Assembly: GCA_035708165.1 (NCBI GenBank) | Contig: DASSSZ010000003.1 | Location: 23,954 to 87,953 of the forward strand | Origin: Minisyncoccota bacterium | GTDB taxonomy: Bacteria; Patescibacteriota; Minisyncoccia; Phycocordibacterales; UBA2100 | DNA length: 64,000 bases | Direction: 5' to 3' | Shown here: positions 46,688 through 55,590 of the stretch, piece by piece | Numbering within the stretch: the stretch's first letter is position 1 | Layout of the letters: each line of letters opens with the position of its first letter | The notes under the pieces: generated by a model | Databases searched by the model: none | Seen by the model: only the letters and a program-made list of their open reading frames with translations | Told to the model about the DNA's origin: nothing | Program-made: the position numbers and the translations under genes

Positions 46688-47842
46688 CTAGAGCTGACGC
46701 GTCCCTTCGGCGCGGATCGCAGCCGGATCGGCATATTCGTGCCGCACGGCCCGGAAGTAGCCGGCGAGCGCGATCATGAGCGCGTTATCGGTCGCGCGGG
46801 AAGGCGGCGGCAGGAGGAGCGCCGTCTGCGGGAATTCGGCCCCGAGCATGCGGGCCAGCCGGTCGCGCAGGTAGGTATTGGCCGAGACGCCGCCGCCAAT
46901 GATGAGCGTCTGCGCGCCCGTCTCTTCGAGCGCGGTGCGCGTCTTCGCGGCCAGGATATCGCCCACGGCATCCTCGAAGGCGCGGGCGATGGCCGCATCC
47001 TCTGTTTCCGGATGCTTCTCCTTGTAGACGCGCACGGCAGTCTTGAGGCCCGAGAATGAGAAATCGAGGTCGCCGGAGTGCACCATCGAGCGCGGGAACG
47101 CGATCGCATCTTCCGCTCCGCGTGCGCGATGCTCTGCTGCGAGCCGGGAGAGCTCAGGGCCGCCCGGGTACGGCAGGCCGAGGAGGCGCGCCGTCTTGTC
47201 GAATGCTTCGCCGACGGCATCGTCCCGCGTCTCGCCGATCTTCTCGTACGCCATCCATGCATCCATGCGGATGAACTCGGTGTGGCCGCCTGAGACGAGA
47301 AGCGCGAGCGCGGGGAAGGCGAGCGCGGGCGCGAAGCCACCCTCGCTCATCGCGCTCACCGCGATGTGCCCTTCCATGTGGTTCGCGGAGACGAGCGGGA
47401 TGCCCCACGCCTTCCCGAGCGCGCGGGCGGCATTGATGCCGACCCAGAGCGCGGGCTCGAGGCCGGGGCCGGCTGTCACCGCGATCGCGTCGATCTCCGG
47501 CTTGCCGTGCGTCTCGAAGAATCGCGCGAGCTGCTCGAAGAGCGCGGGCTCGCGCGCGAGGAGCTCCTCCAGCTCACGCGCCTGTGCAGCCGCGAGCGGC
47601 GCCGGTTCTTCAGAGGGAAGGTTCGCTTCGGCGAGGACCGCTTCGAGGATCGGGACGAAGTTCGCGGCATGCTCGCGCTTGGCGAGGCTCGGATAGACGC
47701 CGCCGTACTGCGCATGGATCGCCTGCGTGCGGGTGAGATCGCCCAGGATGCGGAACCGGAAGCGGGCATCGAAATCGCCCTCGGCCTCGATCAGGCTGAC
47801 GGCTGTCTCGTCGCACGATGTCTCGATGCCGAGAATACGCAT
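46688..47842 (-). CDS. tsaD: tRNA N6-adenosine threonylcarbamoyltransferase TsaD (Kae1/Gcp)
   Basis: MRILGIETSCDETAVSL, HMEGHI, SGGVSAN motifs. Confidence 0.9.
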   Translation of the reverse strand: MRILGIETSCDETAVSLIEAEGDFDARFRFRILGDLTRTQAIHAQYGGVYPSLAKREHAANFVPILEAVLAEANLPSEEPAPLAAAQARELEELLAREPALFEQLARFFETHGKPEIDAIAVTAGPGLEPALWVGINAARALGKAWGIPLVSANHMEGHIAVSAMSEGGFAPALAFPALALLVSGGHTEFIRMDAWMAYEKIGETRDDAVGEAFDKTARLLGLPYPGGPELSRLAAEHRARGAEDAIAFPRSMVHSGDLDFSFSGLKTAVRVYKEKHPETEDAAIARAFEDAVGDILAAKTRTALEETGAQTLIIGGGVSANTYLRDRLARMLGAEFPQTALLLPPPSRATDNALMIALAGYFRAVRHEYADPAAIRAEGTRQL

Positions 47843-47917
47843 AGGATGATTATAGTCGGGCCCTCGGCCGCTGACGACCGCCGAGCCCCGAGCGGGATCC
47901 GGCGCGATGCAATCGGG

Positions 47918-47991
47918 TGGGCGATACAGGACTCGAACCTGTGACCCCTTTCACGTCAAGAAAGTGCTCTAGCCAACTGAGCTAATCGCCC
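47918..47991 (-). tRNA. tRNA-Val (anticodon GAC)
   Basis: Reverse complement folds: acceptor GGGCGAT/ATCGCCC, D-arm GCTC-AGTTGGCTA-GAGC, anticodon arm CTTTC-TTGACGT-GAAAG, T-arm ACAGG-TTCGAGT-CCTGT. Confidence 0.85.
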
Positions 47992-48069
47992 GACGATGCG
48001 CACTATACCAGAATCCGGGAACATGGAAAAGAAAACAGCGCTCAAATGAGCGCTGCAGTTCGGGAGTAA

Positions 48070-48249
48070 CTACCGATAGGGGGAGAAGGTGTGCCGCATG
48101 AAGGAGGCGGCGATCGGCTGCAGGCTTTCGCCGTGGCGCAGGTGATCGATGGCGCCGATCAGGTAGGGCCACAGGAAGAAGAGGGCTACTGCCGTGAGGA
48201 CGAACGCGATACCCAGTACCAATTCGCGGGCTGCCTCAGAGGTATGCAT
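48070..48249 (-). CDS. candidate 59-aa small membrane protein
   Basis: MHTSEAARELVLGIAFVLTAVALFFLWPYLIGAIDHLRHGESLQPIAASFMRHTFSPYR. GGAG RBS, high GC3. Not in ORF track (under 60 aa). Confidence 0.4.
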   Translation of the reverse strand: MHTSEAARELVLGIAFVLTAVALFFLWPYLIGAIDHLRHGESLQPIAASFMRHTFSPYR

Positions 48250-48310
48250 GACTACTCCAATCCACCAGTACGAAGGAACACTAAGAATATAATACCATAC
48301 TGGAAAAAAA

Positions 48311-48339
48311 TGTCAATATCCCTGCAGATGGGGTAGAAT
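48311..48339 (+). promoter_or_regulatory. candidate promoter TGTCAA-17-TAGAAT driving leaderless kinase-like gene
   Basis: -10 ends 7 nt before ATG 48346. AT-rich context. Confidence 0.4.
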
Positions 48340-48345
48340 AGGGGC

Positions 48346-49227
48346 ATGGGATTCGAGACTGTGCCGCATGCGCCGGAGCCAGCGCCTCGCGATTACGAGC
48401 GCGAGATCGACGCGCTGCTCGAGAGCCTTCCGGAGGAAGTGGCGGACCGGTTCTACGCCAGCCATCAGGATGACGAGCCCGAGGCGGAGTTCAAGGCGCT
48501 CTTCGAGCTCGCGCATAAGCGCAAGACGGCCCTCAGCCGATCGCCAGATTCGCGCGCGACGCCAGAGCACATCCTGCTCGATGAGACGCGGCCGCTCGCC
48601 GTCGTGCGCCTCCTCGAGCAGATCGAGCGCGGCGAGCATGAGAAGCTCGGCCAAGGCGGTGCCGGGCGTGTCATTGCCTCAATCCGCTACCCGAACCTGT
48701 GCTACAAAGTCATGTTCCCGCAAGAGCAAGTACCGCTCGGGACGAACGATATCTCGGACGAAGCCGAGATCCAGGGTGCGATCGCATCGATGGGCGAGCG
48801 CTTCGGGGTACGCGCCCCGCGCGTATTCTCGTTCGTGAGCGAGAACGGGAATCGTGCCATCCGCATGGAGCGCCTGTTCGCTGTCTCGCTGCGCGATGTC
48901 CTGCGCGGAGCGCCGCTCCCGAAGGCGTTCGAGCCAAAGCGGTTCTTCGACTCGCTCCGCAAATTCGTGAGATACATGCACGAGCAGGGATACTACCACC
49001 GCGACCTCCAGGACGGGAATATCTTGATCGACAACGAGACCGGGCAGCCGTATCTCATCGATTTCGGGCTGAGCGCGTATTCGGCCTTCCCCGAAGATGT
49101 GTATCGCGTGTCCGTCGTGAGAGGTGGACGAGAAGTCAAAAATATGTTACAAGATGATGAGGTCGGCATCGATGCGGCGGAACGCCAGCTCCTGAATCAC
49201 CTGAACAAGAATACGAAGGAGGTATGA
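48346..49227 (+). CDS. eukaryotic-like protein kinase-fold protein
   Basis: Gly-rich loop LGQGGAGRV, catalytic HRDLQDGNILID, DFGLS. Confidence 0.7.
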   Translation: MGFETVPHAPEPAPRDYEREIDALLESLPEEVADRFYASHQDDEPEAEFKALFELAHKRKTALSRSPDSRATPEHILLDETRPLAVVRLLEQIERGEHEKLGQGGAGRVIASIRYPNLCYKVMFPQEQVPLGTNDISDEAEIQGAIASMGERFGVRAPRVFSFVSENGNRAIRMERLFAVSLRDVLRGAPLPKAFEPKRFFDSLRKFVRYMHEQGYYHRDLQDGNILIDNETGQPYLIDFGLSAYSAFPEDVYRVSVVRGGREVKNMLQDDEVGIDAAERQLLNHLNKNTKEV

Positions 49228-49454
49228 TGCGCATCACATGGGATTACCGGCAGAGCGCGCTTGCTGCGGCGAAGAAGCTGCAGGCAGATGCACGCGATGG
49301 GATACCGATCCCGGAGATGGATGGCCTGTATGTGATACAGAAAGGCCGTGCGCCGGATCGCGATGCAGTCGAGGCCATCCTGCGGGATGATGACGGCATC
49401 GAATACGAAGTGTACAGCAACGGCAACGGGCATGATGAGCCCGATGCATCCTGA
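49224..49454 (+). CDS. hypothetical small acidic protein, translationally coupled to kinase-like gene
   Basis: ATGATG overlap with the kinase stop (ATGA coupling). 76 aa. Confidence 0.45.
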   Translation: MMRITWDYRQSALAAAKKLQADARDGIPIPEMDGLYVIQKGRAPDRDAVEAILRDDDGIEYEVYSNGNGHDEPDAS

Positions 49455-49487
49455 GGACGGACGGGCCAATGCGGCGCCCGCCCGTCC

Positions 49488-50153
49488 TTACTTTTTCGCT
49501 GCCGCGTTCCCTGGCAGCGTCATATCGAACTGGTCCCAGAGGTAGCGGCATGCGACCGTGCGGTAGGGCTGCCACGGGCGGGCGAGTGCTTCCATGCGCG
49601 CCGGCGATGGCGGCGTTCGCATGCCGAAGAGCACCTGGAAGCCTTTCCGGATGGCGAGGTCGCCCGTCGGGAGCACGTCCGGCCGGTGCAGGTAGAACAT
49701 AAGGAACATGTCGGCGCTCCATCGCCCGATCCCTTTGACGGCGATGAGGTGCTGGCGCACGGTCTCGTCGTCCCATTCCGCGAGGCCTTTCGCATTGATC
49801 GTGCCGTCGAGGAACTTCTCGGCGAGATCGCGCAGGTAGGCGGCTTTCGCGTGCGAGAGGCCTGCGGCGCGCAGCTCTTCCTCGGGTAACGCGAGCATCG
49901 CTTTCGGCGTCGGATGCTTCCTGGGGAAGCTCGAAAGCAGGCGCCCGAGGATGGTATCGGCCGCCTTGCCGGAAAGCTGCTGGAAGACGATGGATTCGAC
50001 GAGCGCGTAGAACGGATCGCGCGGCGTGCCGTGGCTCGTCGCGCGCGAGAAGACCGGCTTCGGGTACCGCTTGATCAATGGCGCGAGGTGCGGATCCTTG
50101 CGCAGGTGCCGCAGCGCGCTCGCAAGATCGATTTCCGTGATAAGGGCGGCCAT
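49488..50153 (-). CDS. DNA-3-methyladenine glycosylase II-like (AlkA, HhH-GPD)
   Basis: HhH-GPD core VKGIGRWSADMFLMFYLHRPDVLPTGDLAIRKG with catalytic Asp. Start MAALITE at 50153. Confidence 0.8.
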   Translation of the reverse strand: MAALITEIDLASALRHLRKDPHLAPLIKRYPKPVFSRATSHGTPRDPFYALVESIVFQQLSGKAADTILGRLLSSFPRKHPTPKAMLALPEEELRAAGLSHAKAAYLRDLAEKFLDGTINAKGLAEWDDETVRQHLIAVKGIGRWSADMFLMFYLHRPDVLPTGDLAIRKGFQVLFGMRTPPSPARMEALARPWQPYRTVACRYLWDQFDMTLPGNAAAKK

Positions 50154-50157
50154 CGTG

Positions 50158-50460
50158 CTACCGCTTGTCGGCGATAAAGACGATGATGACGATCGCGAGC
50201 ATGATGCCGATGAACCACGCGAGCGTGGTGAGGAAGAACCGCAGCGCCTCATCCGCCTTCCCGCCGAGGAGCATGCGTACCGGTTGGTAGAAGAAGAGCA
50301 TTCCCATGACCGACACCGAGCAGACGAGGAGCGACAGCACGATGATCGCGCCGAGGAGCCCGTTATCGAGCTCGAGGCCCGAGGTAAGGCCGATCAGGAG
50401 CACGATCCCGCAGATGTACGCTGCGGCGATACCGGCACTGGAGAACGGCGTAAGCTTCAT
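50158..50460 (-). CDS. hypothetical small membrane protein
   Basis: 100 aa, three TM. GGAGG RBS before ATG 50460. Confidence 0.5.
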   Translation of the reverse strand: MKLTPFSSAGIAAAYICGIVLLIGLTSGLELDNGLLGAIIVLSLLVCSVSVMGMLFFYQPVRMLLGGKADEALRFFLTTLAWFIGIMLAIVIIVFIADKR

Positions 50461-50491
50461 CCTCCCAGTATACAGGGTCGTCAGGATGATG

Positions 50492-51175
50492 CTACTGCGC
50501 CGGGACAGGGTTCTCGGTCGAGGTGGCACTCTCAGACGGCGTCTCCGGGAGGACGGGCGAGGTGCTCGCGCTCGCAGCGGCATCCGGAAGGGGAGTGGCG
50601 GCTTCGGCCGGCGCCTCGCTGGAAGTATCAGCGGACGCGGCAGCGGCTGGCGGCACGGCCGAGCTATCATGCGGGGCTGCCTGCGACGCAGTGCCTGACG
50701 CCATCTGTTCGAGCTGCGTCACGCTGAGCATGCCATGCAGCCCGAAGAGATAGTACGCGACGCCTGCGATGATCGCGGTCTCGATGAGCACGATCACGAG
50801 AAGGAGGATGATCAGCCCGCCGTGGCCCTTCGGCTGCCGCGCGCCTTCTGCGCCGCGGCGGCGTGCCCCGTGCATGCCGCGCATCGTCGTCTGATCGAAA
50901 TCCGGAAGCTCGTGCTGCCCTATGGGCGATTGCATACCTGCGAATGCTTCCGCCTGGGAATCGCGCGCAGGCATCGCGGAGATCATCGGCTGCGCGGGCT
51001 GCGCAGGGGCGGCAGGCTTCGATGCCGGAGTGGCAGGCGCCTGCGCTTCCTGGAGCGCCTCGTTGATCTTCGCCGTGTCCCAGCCGGCGCTCGTGAGGGC
51101 ACGGACCACGCCATCCTGGGAGACGCCAGCCGCGAGCTGCTGCTTGATGTATGAGACCACATTCGAATCAGCCAT
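50492..51175 (-). CDS. hypothetical membrane protein with low-complexity Ala/Pro-rich linkers
   Basis: ATG at 51175 (ORF-track start 51223 is GTG). One TM. Confidence 0.45.
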   Translation of the reverse strand: MADSNVVSYIKQQLAAGVSQDGVVRALTSAGWDTAKINEALQEAQAPATPASKPAAPAQPAQPMISAMPARDSQAEAFAGMQSPIGQHELPDFDQTTMRGMHGARRRGAEGARQPKGHGGLIILLLVIVLIETAIIAGVAYYLFGLHGMLSVTQLEQMASGTASQAAPHDSSAVPPAAAASADTSSEAPAEAATPLPDAAASASTSPVLPETPSESATSTENPVPAQ

Positions 51176-51251
51176 ATGCCTATAGTCTCTCACGGATCTG
51201 CCTCGGGGCGGCACGCTATCCACAGGAAGCGGCTCTCGCTATACTGCGCGC

Positions 51252-51881
51252 ATGCGGCGCGTACTCGGCATGGCATTCTTCGATCGCGATACCGTGACGG
51301 TCGCGCGGGAGCTCCTGGGGATGCACCTCGTGCGGCGCTTTCCTGACGGCGAAGAGCGCGCGCTCATGATCACCGAGACAGAGGCGTACGACGGCCCGCA
51401 CGATCTCGCAGCGCATTCCGCGCACGGCCGGACAGCGCGCACCGACGTGCTCTTCGGTCCGGCCGGGAACTGGTACGTCTATTTCATCTACGGGATGCAC
51501 GAGATGCTCAACATCGTGACGGGAGGCGAGGGCGCGGCCGTGCTCATCCGCGGCGCAGGCGAGATCAGCGGTCCGGGCCGGCTCACCAAGGCGCTTGCCA
51601 TCACGCGTGCGCTCAACAAGGAGGCGGCAGCGCCTGAAAGCGGGCTTTGGATCGAGGATCGCGGCGACGCCGTGCCGGATGCGTGGATCGCGGCGACGCC
51701 GAGAATCGGCGTCGCATATGCGAAGGAGTGGGCGGCGAAGCCGTGGCGCTTCGTGCGCACGCCGCCTCTCAGCGCGGATCCGCTGCTGCGGCGAGATTCG
51801 CGACGCACCAGCGATAGAGCGGCGCGTCATCCCGCGCGAACGCGAAATAGAAAGAGTAGTAGAGGCGATAGCACTCGATGA
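51252..51881 (+). CDS. mpg: DNA-3-methyladenine glycosylase (Mpg/AAG family)
   Basis: FFDRDTVTVARELLG, ITETEAYDGPHD, GPAGNWYVYFIYGMHEMLNIV motifs. Confidence 0.85.
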   Translation: MRRVLGMAFFDRDTVTVARELLGMHLVRRFPDGEERALMITETEAYDGPHDLAAHSAHGRTARTDVLFGPAGNWYVYFIYGMHEMLNIVTGGEGAAVLIRGAGEISGPGRLTKALAITRALNKEAAAPESGLWIEDRGDAVPDAWIAATPRIGVAYAKEWAAKPWRFVRTPPLSADPLLRRDSRRTSDRAARHPARTRNRKSSRGDSTR

Positions 51882-52668
51882 CGGGGAGGATCGCTTCGCC
51901 CGCACGCGCGACGATCAGCTCGCGCATGAACGCGCTATCCGCCGCCGTGGCGCCTGGCGTCACCTCGAGGAAGAGGAACGCGCCGGCGATATCCATCTGC
52001 GGGTCGCCGATGAGCGTCATGGGGCTGAAGTCGATGACGCCGGCGACGGCGAGCGACTCGTCCATGAGGACGTTGCCGGGGAAGTAATCGCCATGCACGA
52101 GCGCGTGCTCGGGCTCGGCGAGCATGGCGATCCGCTCCTGCGCCTCGCGTGCCGAGTGCGCGAGCTGCGGCACGTCTGCCCTGAGGACGGGGTCCTCGGC
52201 AGCAGTCCGGACTTTCATGGCGAGATACTCACGCCACGTGGTCGCGGTCACGGGGCGATCAGCGAGGAGCTCGCCATACGGCAGGTCCGGCCGCGTGACC
52301 GCCCGCAAGGCCAGAGCGGCATCGAGGAAGCTCCCGAAGGCGTGCCGCTTCTCTCCTGGCGAGAGCGCGGGCAGAACAGCAAGGAGCGGCGACCCGTGGA
52401 TCCGTTCCTCGATCGAGACGACCGCGCCCGCATGCTCCTCGATCGCCTGCACGCGCGGGATGGCGAACGGCAGGGCGGCACGAGGCAGGGATTCGTAGAA
52501 ATGCATGCGGTCCTCGAAATGCGGGCGCCGCGCGCTATCCTTCGCGATGCGCAGCACGCGCGCATCATCGAGCGCGTACACCCATGACTCGCTGCCTTCG
52601 CCGAGGAGCGCGCCTTGAGCGATGCCGAAGCGATCAAGGACAGCCTGCGGCGGCTCCGTCATTTTCAT
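51769..52668 (-). CDS. phosphotransferase (APH/choline-kinase-like) family protein
   Basis: HGDYFPGNVLMD and VIDFS (DFG-like) motifs. 3' end overlaps the mpg 3' end by about 113 nt. Confidence 0.7.
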   Translation of the reverse strand: MKMTEPPQAVLDRFGIAQGALLGEGSESWVYALDDARVLRIAKDSARRPHFEDRMHFYESLPRAALPFAIPRVQAIEEHAGAVVSIEERIHGSPLLAVLPALSPGEKRHAFGSFLDAALALRAVTRPDLPYGELLADRPVTATTWREYLAMKVRTAAEDPVLRADVPQLAHSAREAQERIAMLAEPEHALVHGDYFPGNVLMDESLAVAGVIDFSPMTLIGDPQMDIAGAFLFLEVTPGATAADSAFMRELIVARAGEAILPVIECYRLYYSFYFAFARDDAPLYRWCVANLAAAADPR

Positions 52669-52715
52669 GCGGGAACTGTAGCACGAAGAGCCGGGCAGCA
52701 CTGCCCGGCTCGTGC

Positions 52716-53768
52716 TCAGCGCGTAGCGCCGAGCGCATCGAGGATCTGCGGATCCATCCCGCCCACGTGCCAGAGCGCGACATTCGAGACGCCGAGATCT
52801 GCGAGCGCGAGGCGGATGCGCATGACGCTCGCCGCGTTCGGCAGCCACAGCGCAGCGGAGCCGGTATCGTAGCGCGTCGCGCCCGTTACGGGATCTTGCG
52901 TTGAGGCGAGCTTCTCTGCGCTTGCGCGTGCCGCGTATTCCTGCCAGGTGCCGGTCCCGACGCGCGCACCATCCTGCCATGCCACCCCATACACAGCGAT
53001 GCCAGCTTCGAGCTTTTCCGCAGAAATTGCTGCCGCGGCTTCTGCCATAAGGGAGTGCGCCTTCGCCGGCGTGATGAGCGGGCCAGGCGCCGTCGTCCCC
53101 GGGCCGTAGAGCATGATCTGCACCGTATCGGCAGCGGCCCCGATGCGCGCAAGCGCTCCGGTATCCGTCCCCAGCGCGGATGCTTCGAGCGCGACCGAGA
53201 GCCGCTTGCCTGATTCGTGCAGATCGCGCGCGAGCGTCTCGATGAACGAAGCGTACGCATCGAGATCTTCCGGCGAGCGGATGCCCTCGTAGTCGAGGTC
53301 GAGGCCATCGTACCCGTGCGCGACGGCGAGCGTAGCGAGCGCGTGCGCGCTCTGCGCTCGCAAGGCGGGGTCGCGAAGCGTCGCGAGGACCCGCTGCGGC
53401 TGCGAACCCGATGCGGTGACATCGGAGACGAGCGGCACGAGCGCGATCCCGTGCGCCGCGGCGATCGCGCGCAGCGCGGGATCGTCCGCGTGCGCACCCG
53501 GCACCTGCCGGGTGCCGCCGTCCTCGCCGGCTTCCCACCACAGCGGGCTCACGGTGCCGATGCGATCGGCATAGCGCTCGACAAGCGCCACCCCGGCATC
53601 CCAATCATGCTTCTGCAGCCACGCCGTGACCGGCGTACCGGGCGCGGGAGCTGCGGCATGCGCTGCGGGGACTGCCTCCGGGATGATCGCGATCAGCATG
53701 ACTGCGAGAACGAGCCCGGCTGCGGCGATGCAGGCGAGCAGGTGATTCTGATTCGTACGAATGTGCAT
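52716..53768 (-). CDS. secreted glycoside hydrolase family 18-like protein
   Basis: Signal/TM anchor, GH18 catalytic motif GYDGLDLDYE. Confidence 0.7.
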   Translation of the reverse strand: MHIRTNQNHLLACIAAAGLVLAVMLIAIIPEAVPAAHAAAPAPGTPVTAWLQKHDWDAGVALVERYADRIGTVSPLWWEAGEDGGTRQVPGAHADDPALRAIAAAHGIALVPLVSDVTASGSQPQRVLATLRDPALRAQSAHALATLAVAHGYDGLDLDYEGIRSPEDLDAYASFIETLARDLHESGKRLSVALEASALGTDTGALARIGAAADTVQIMLYGPGTTAPGPLITPAKAHSLMAEAAAAISAEKLEAGIAVYGVAWQDGARVGTGTWQEYAARASAEKLASTQDPVTGATRYDTGSAALWLPNAASVMRIRLALADLGVSNVALWHVGGMDPQILDALGATR

Positions 53769-53901
53769 GACGTGCCTCGTATCCTATGCTTCCGGCGCGG
53801 CGAGCGCCACGTCTTCCGCCAAGCATCAGGCTTCGCGCATGAAGAGCGCAGGAATGCGCTGCGCGCGCCCGCCGCGCATCCGCAGTGGTACTATTGAGCG
53901 T

Positions 53902-54423
53902 ATGGAGAAACCGATCATCAATATCGAAGAGCTGGAGCCGATGGAGAGTCCTGCACCCATGCCTGAGGAGAAGAAGGCGACCTATGGCGGCGCGACCATG
54001 GCGTTCGCGAGCCGCAGGATCGGCGCGGAGAAGCTCGGCTACAGCGTCGTGACCATCCCGGCAGGGAAGGGCAAGGCAGCGTTCCCGTACCACAATCACC
54101 GCGTGAACGAGGAAGCGTTCTTCATCCTCGAGGGCGATGGCGAGGTGCGGATCGGCGAAGGGCGTTATCCCATCCGGAAAGGCGACTTCATCGCGCATCC
54201 GGCCGGCGGCCCCGCGAGCGCGCACCAGATCACGAACGCCTCGGATGAGCACCCGCTCGTCTATCTCGGCATCAGCACGCAGCTCTCGCCGGAGATCGCG
54301 GAGTACCCCGATGCGGGAGACAAGTTCGGCGTCCTCGGGCAGTTCCCGGGAGCGGACGGCGCACCCGAGCGGTTCATGTTCCTCGGCCGCAAGGGCGATC
54401 AATCGGTCGGGTATTGGGACTAG
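53902..54423 (+). CDS. cupin domain protein
   Basis: PYHNHRVNEEAFFILEGDGEVRIG ... HPAGGPASAHQ cupin motifs. Confidence 0.7.
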   Translation: MEKPIINIEELEPMESPAPMPEEKKATYGGATMAFASRRIGAEKLGYSVVTIPAGKGKAAFPYHNHRVNEEAFFILEGDGEVRIGEGRYPIRKGDFIAHPAGGPASAHQITNASDEHPLVYLGISTQLSPEIAEYPDAGDKFGVLGQFPGADGAPERFMFLGRKGDQSVGYWD

Positions 54424-54432
54424 CCGCGAGGG

Positions 54433-54813
54433 CTATCCGGCACGCGACCGGAGCGCGGCCCGATCGTTCCAGCTCCACCATGCGAGCGCTGCTGCGGCAA
54501 GCGCGATCGCGAGGTCGCGGAAGACGATCTCGAACTGCGGGAGGTTGAAGGCGACGATGAGCACGAGCAGCACCGTCGCGATCGCGGACGGGATGAAGAT
54601 GCGCTTCCCTGAGAGGATCCAGAGCCCGATCACGGCCTCAGCGATGCCCCAGGCGGAGAGGAGCAGCTGATCGGAGACAATCCCGCGCATGAAATGCGGG
54701 AAATAGCCGATCCAATCGTACGGTGCGAAGTACGCGCTCACAGGCGGATAGAGGAACGCGAGCGCGAGCGCGAGACGCAAGAGGACCCGGACGACGTGCG
54801 GGGCATCCATCAT
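54433..54813 (-). CDS. hypothetical membrane protein (DoxX-like)
   Basis: 126 aa, four TM. Confidence 0.45.
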   Translation of the reverse strand: MMDAPHVVRVLLRLALALAFLYPPVSAYFAPYDWIGYFPHFMRGIVSDQLLLSAWGIAEAVIGLWILSGKRIFIPSAIATVLLVLIVAFNLPQFEIVFRDLAIALAAAALAWWSWNDRAALRSRAG

Positions 54814-54817
54814 GCGC

Positions 54818-55339
54818 CTATCGGACGATGACCTGGCCTGTAGCGCTCGGGTTCACGTGGTTATGGAAGGGCCACGTGCCGGCCTTGGTGAAAGTGAAGG
54901 AGTAGTTGCTGGTCGCTGCTTTGCATTCATCGAACGGCGTAGGGCCGGTATAGCCCGCGGCGCAATGCTCGGCACGGTCCGTGCCGTCATACACCGTGTG
55001 CGTGGGGTGCACGCCGGTAGCTACCCACATCGGGTCGCCGGACGCGTCCACGAACGTGACCGTATCGCCCGCGTTGATCGTGACCGTAGATGGGCTGAAC
55101 GATGAGCCGTTATACGTGATCGTCACCGTCTGCGCAGCTGGGGCAGCGGGGGTGGCAGTTGCAGCCTGCTGCTGCCCGGCTCCGGGCGTAGTGGTCGTCC
55201 CGATCGTGCCGTCCTGCACGGAGGCGGGCTGGCCGCCTGCCGCAGGCATGTTCGCATCCGGGTGCGCAGTGAAGTACCAGATGAGCCCGGCGATGATAAG
55301 GATGGCAACGATGATGCCGATGATGCTTGAGGATCGCAT
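54818..55339 (-). CDS. membrane-anchored cupredoxin-like protein
   Basis: TM anchor, Thr/Ala/Pro/Gln-rich linker (GTTTTPGAGQQQAATATPAAPAAQT), beta-sandwich region with GDTVTFV ... HPTHT ... C ... FHNH. Start MRSSS verified at 55337-55339. Confidence 0.5.
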   Translation of the reverse strand: MRSSSIIGIIVAILIIAGLIWYFTAHPDANMPAAGGQPASVQDGTIGTTTTPGAGQQQAATATPAAPAAQTVTITYNGSSFSPSTVTINAGDTVTFVDASGDPMWVATGVHPTHTVYDGTDRAEHCAAGYTGPTPFDECKAATSNYSFTFTKAGTWPFHNHVNPSATGQVIVR

Positions 55340-55590
55340 ACTACTAGATGAGTGGGGTGAGATAATTAACGCTATTCCCGATGATACCACCATTAAGGGA
55401 GCTGCACGGAGCGGCAGCGAAGCCCTGTGGATACGGGGGGTGGCCGGCGCGGCTCTGTCCGAGTCCGAAGTTTCTATCTGCGGGCTACTCGGGATTCAGA
55501 CTTTGCAGGTCAAGCCCTGTAAGGGTATTTTGGCACCTTCTCGCGGAGTTATTTGAGGTGTTCAGGTCGCAAGCATAAAATCAGTCCATC

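Noticed and set aside
48091-48336. 81-aa plus-strand ORF in the tRNA-Val to kinase gap
   Set aside because: Poor codon bias and antisense to a better small membrane ORF. Also overlaps the predicted kinase promoter.
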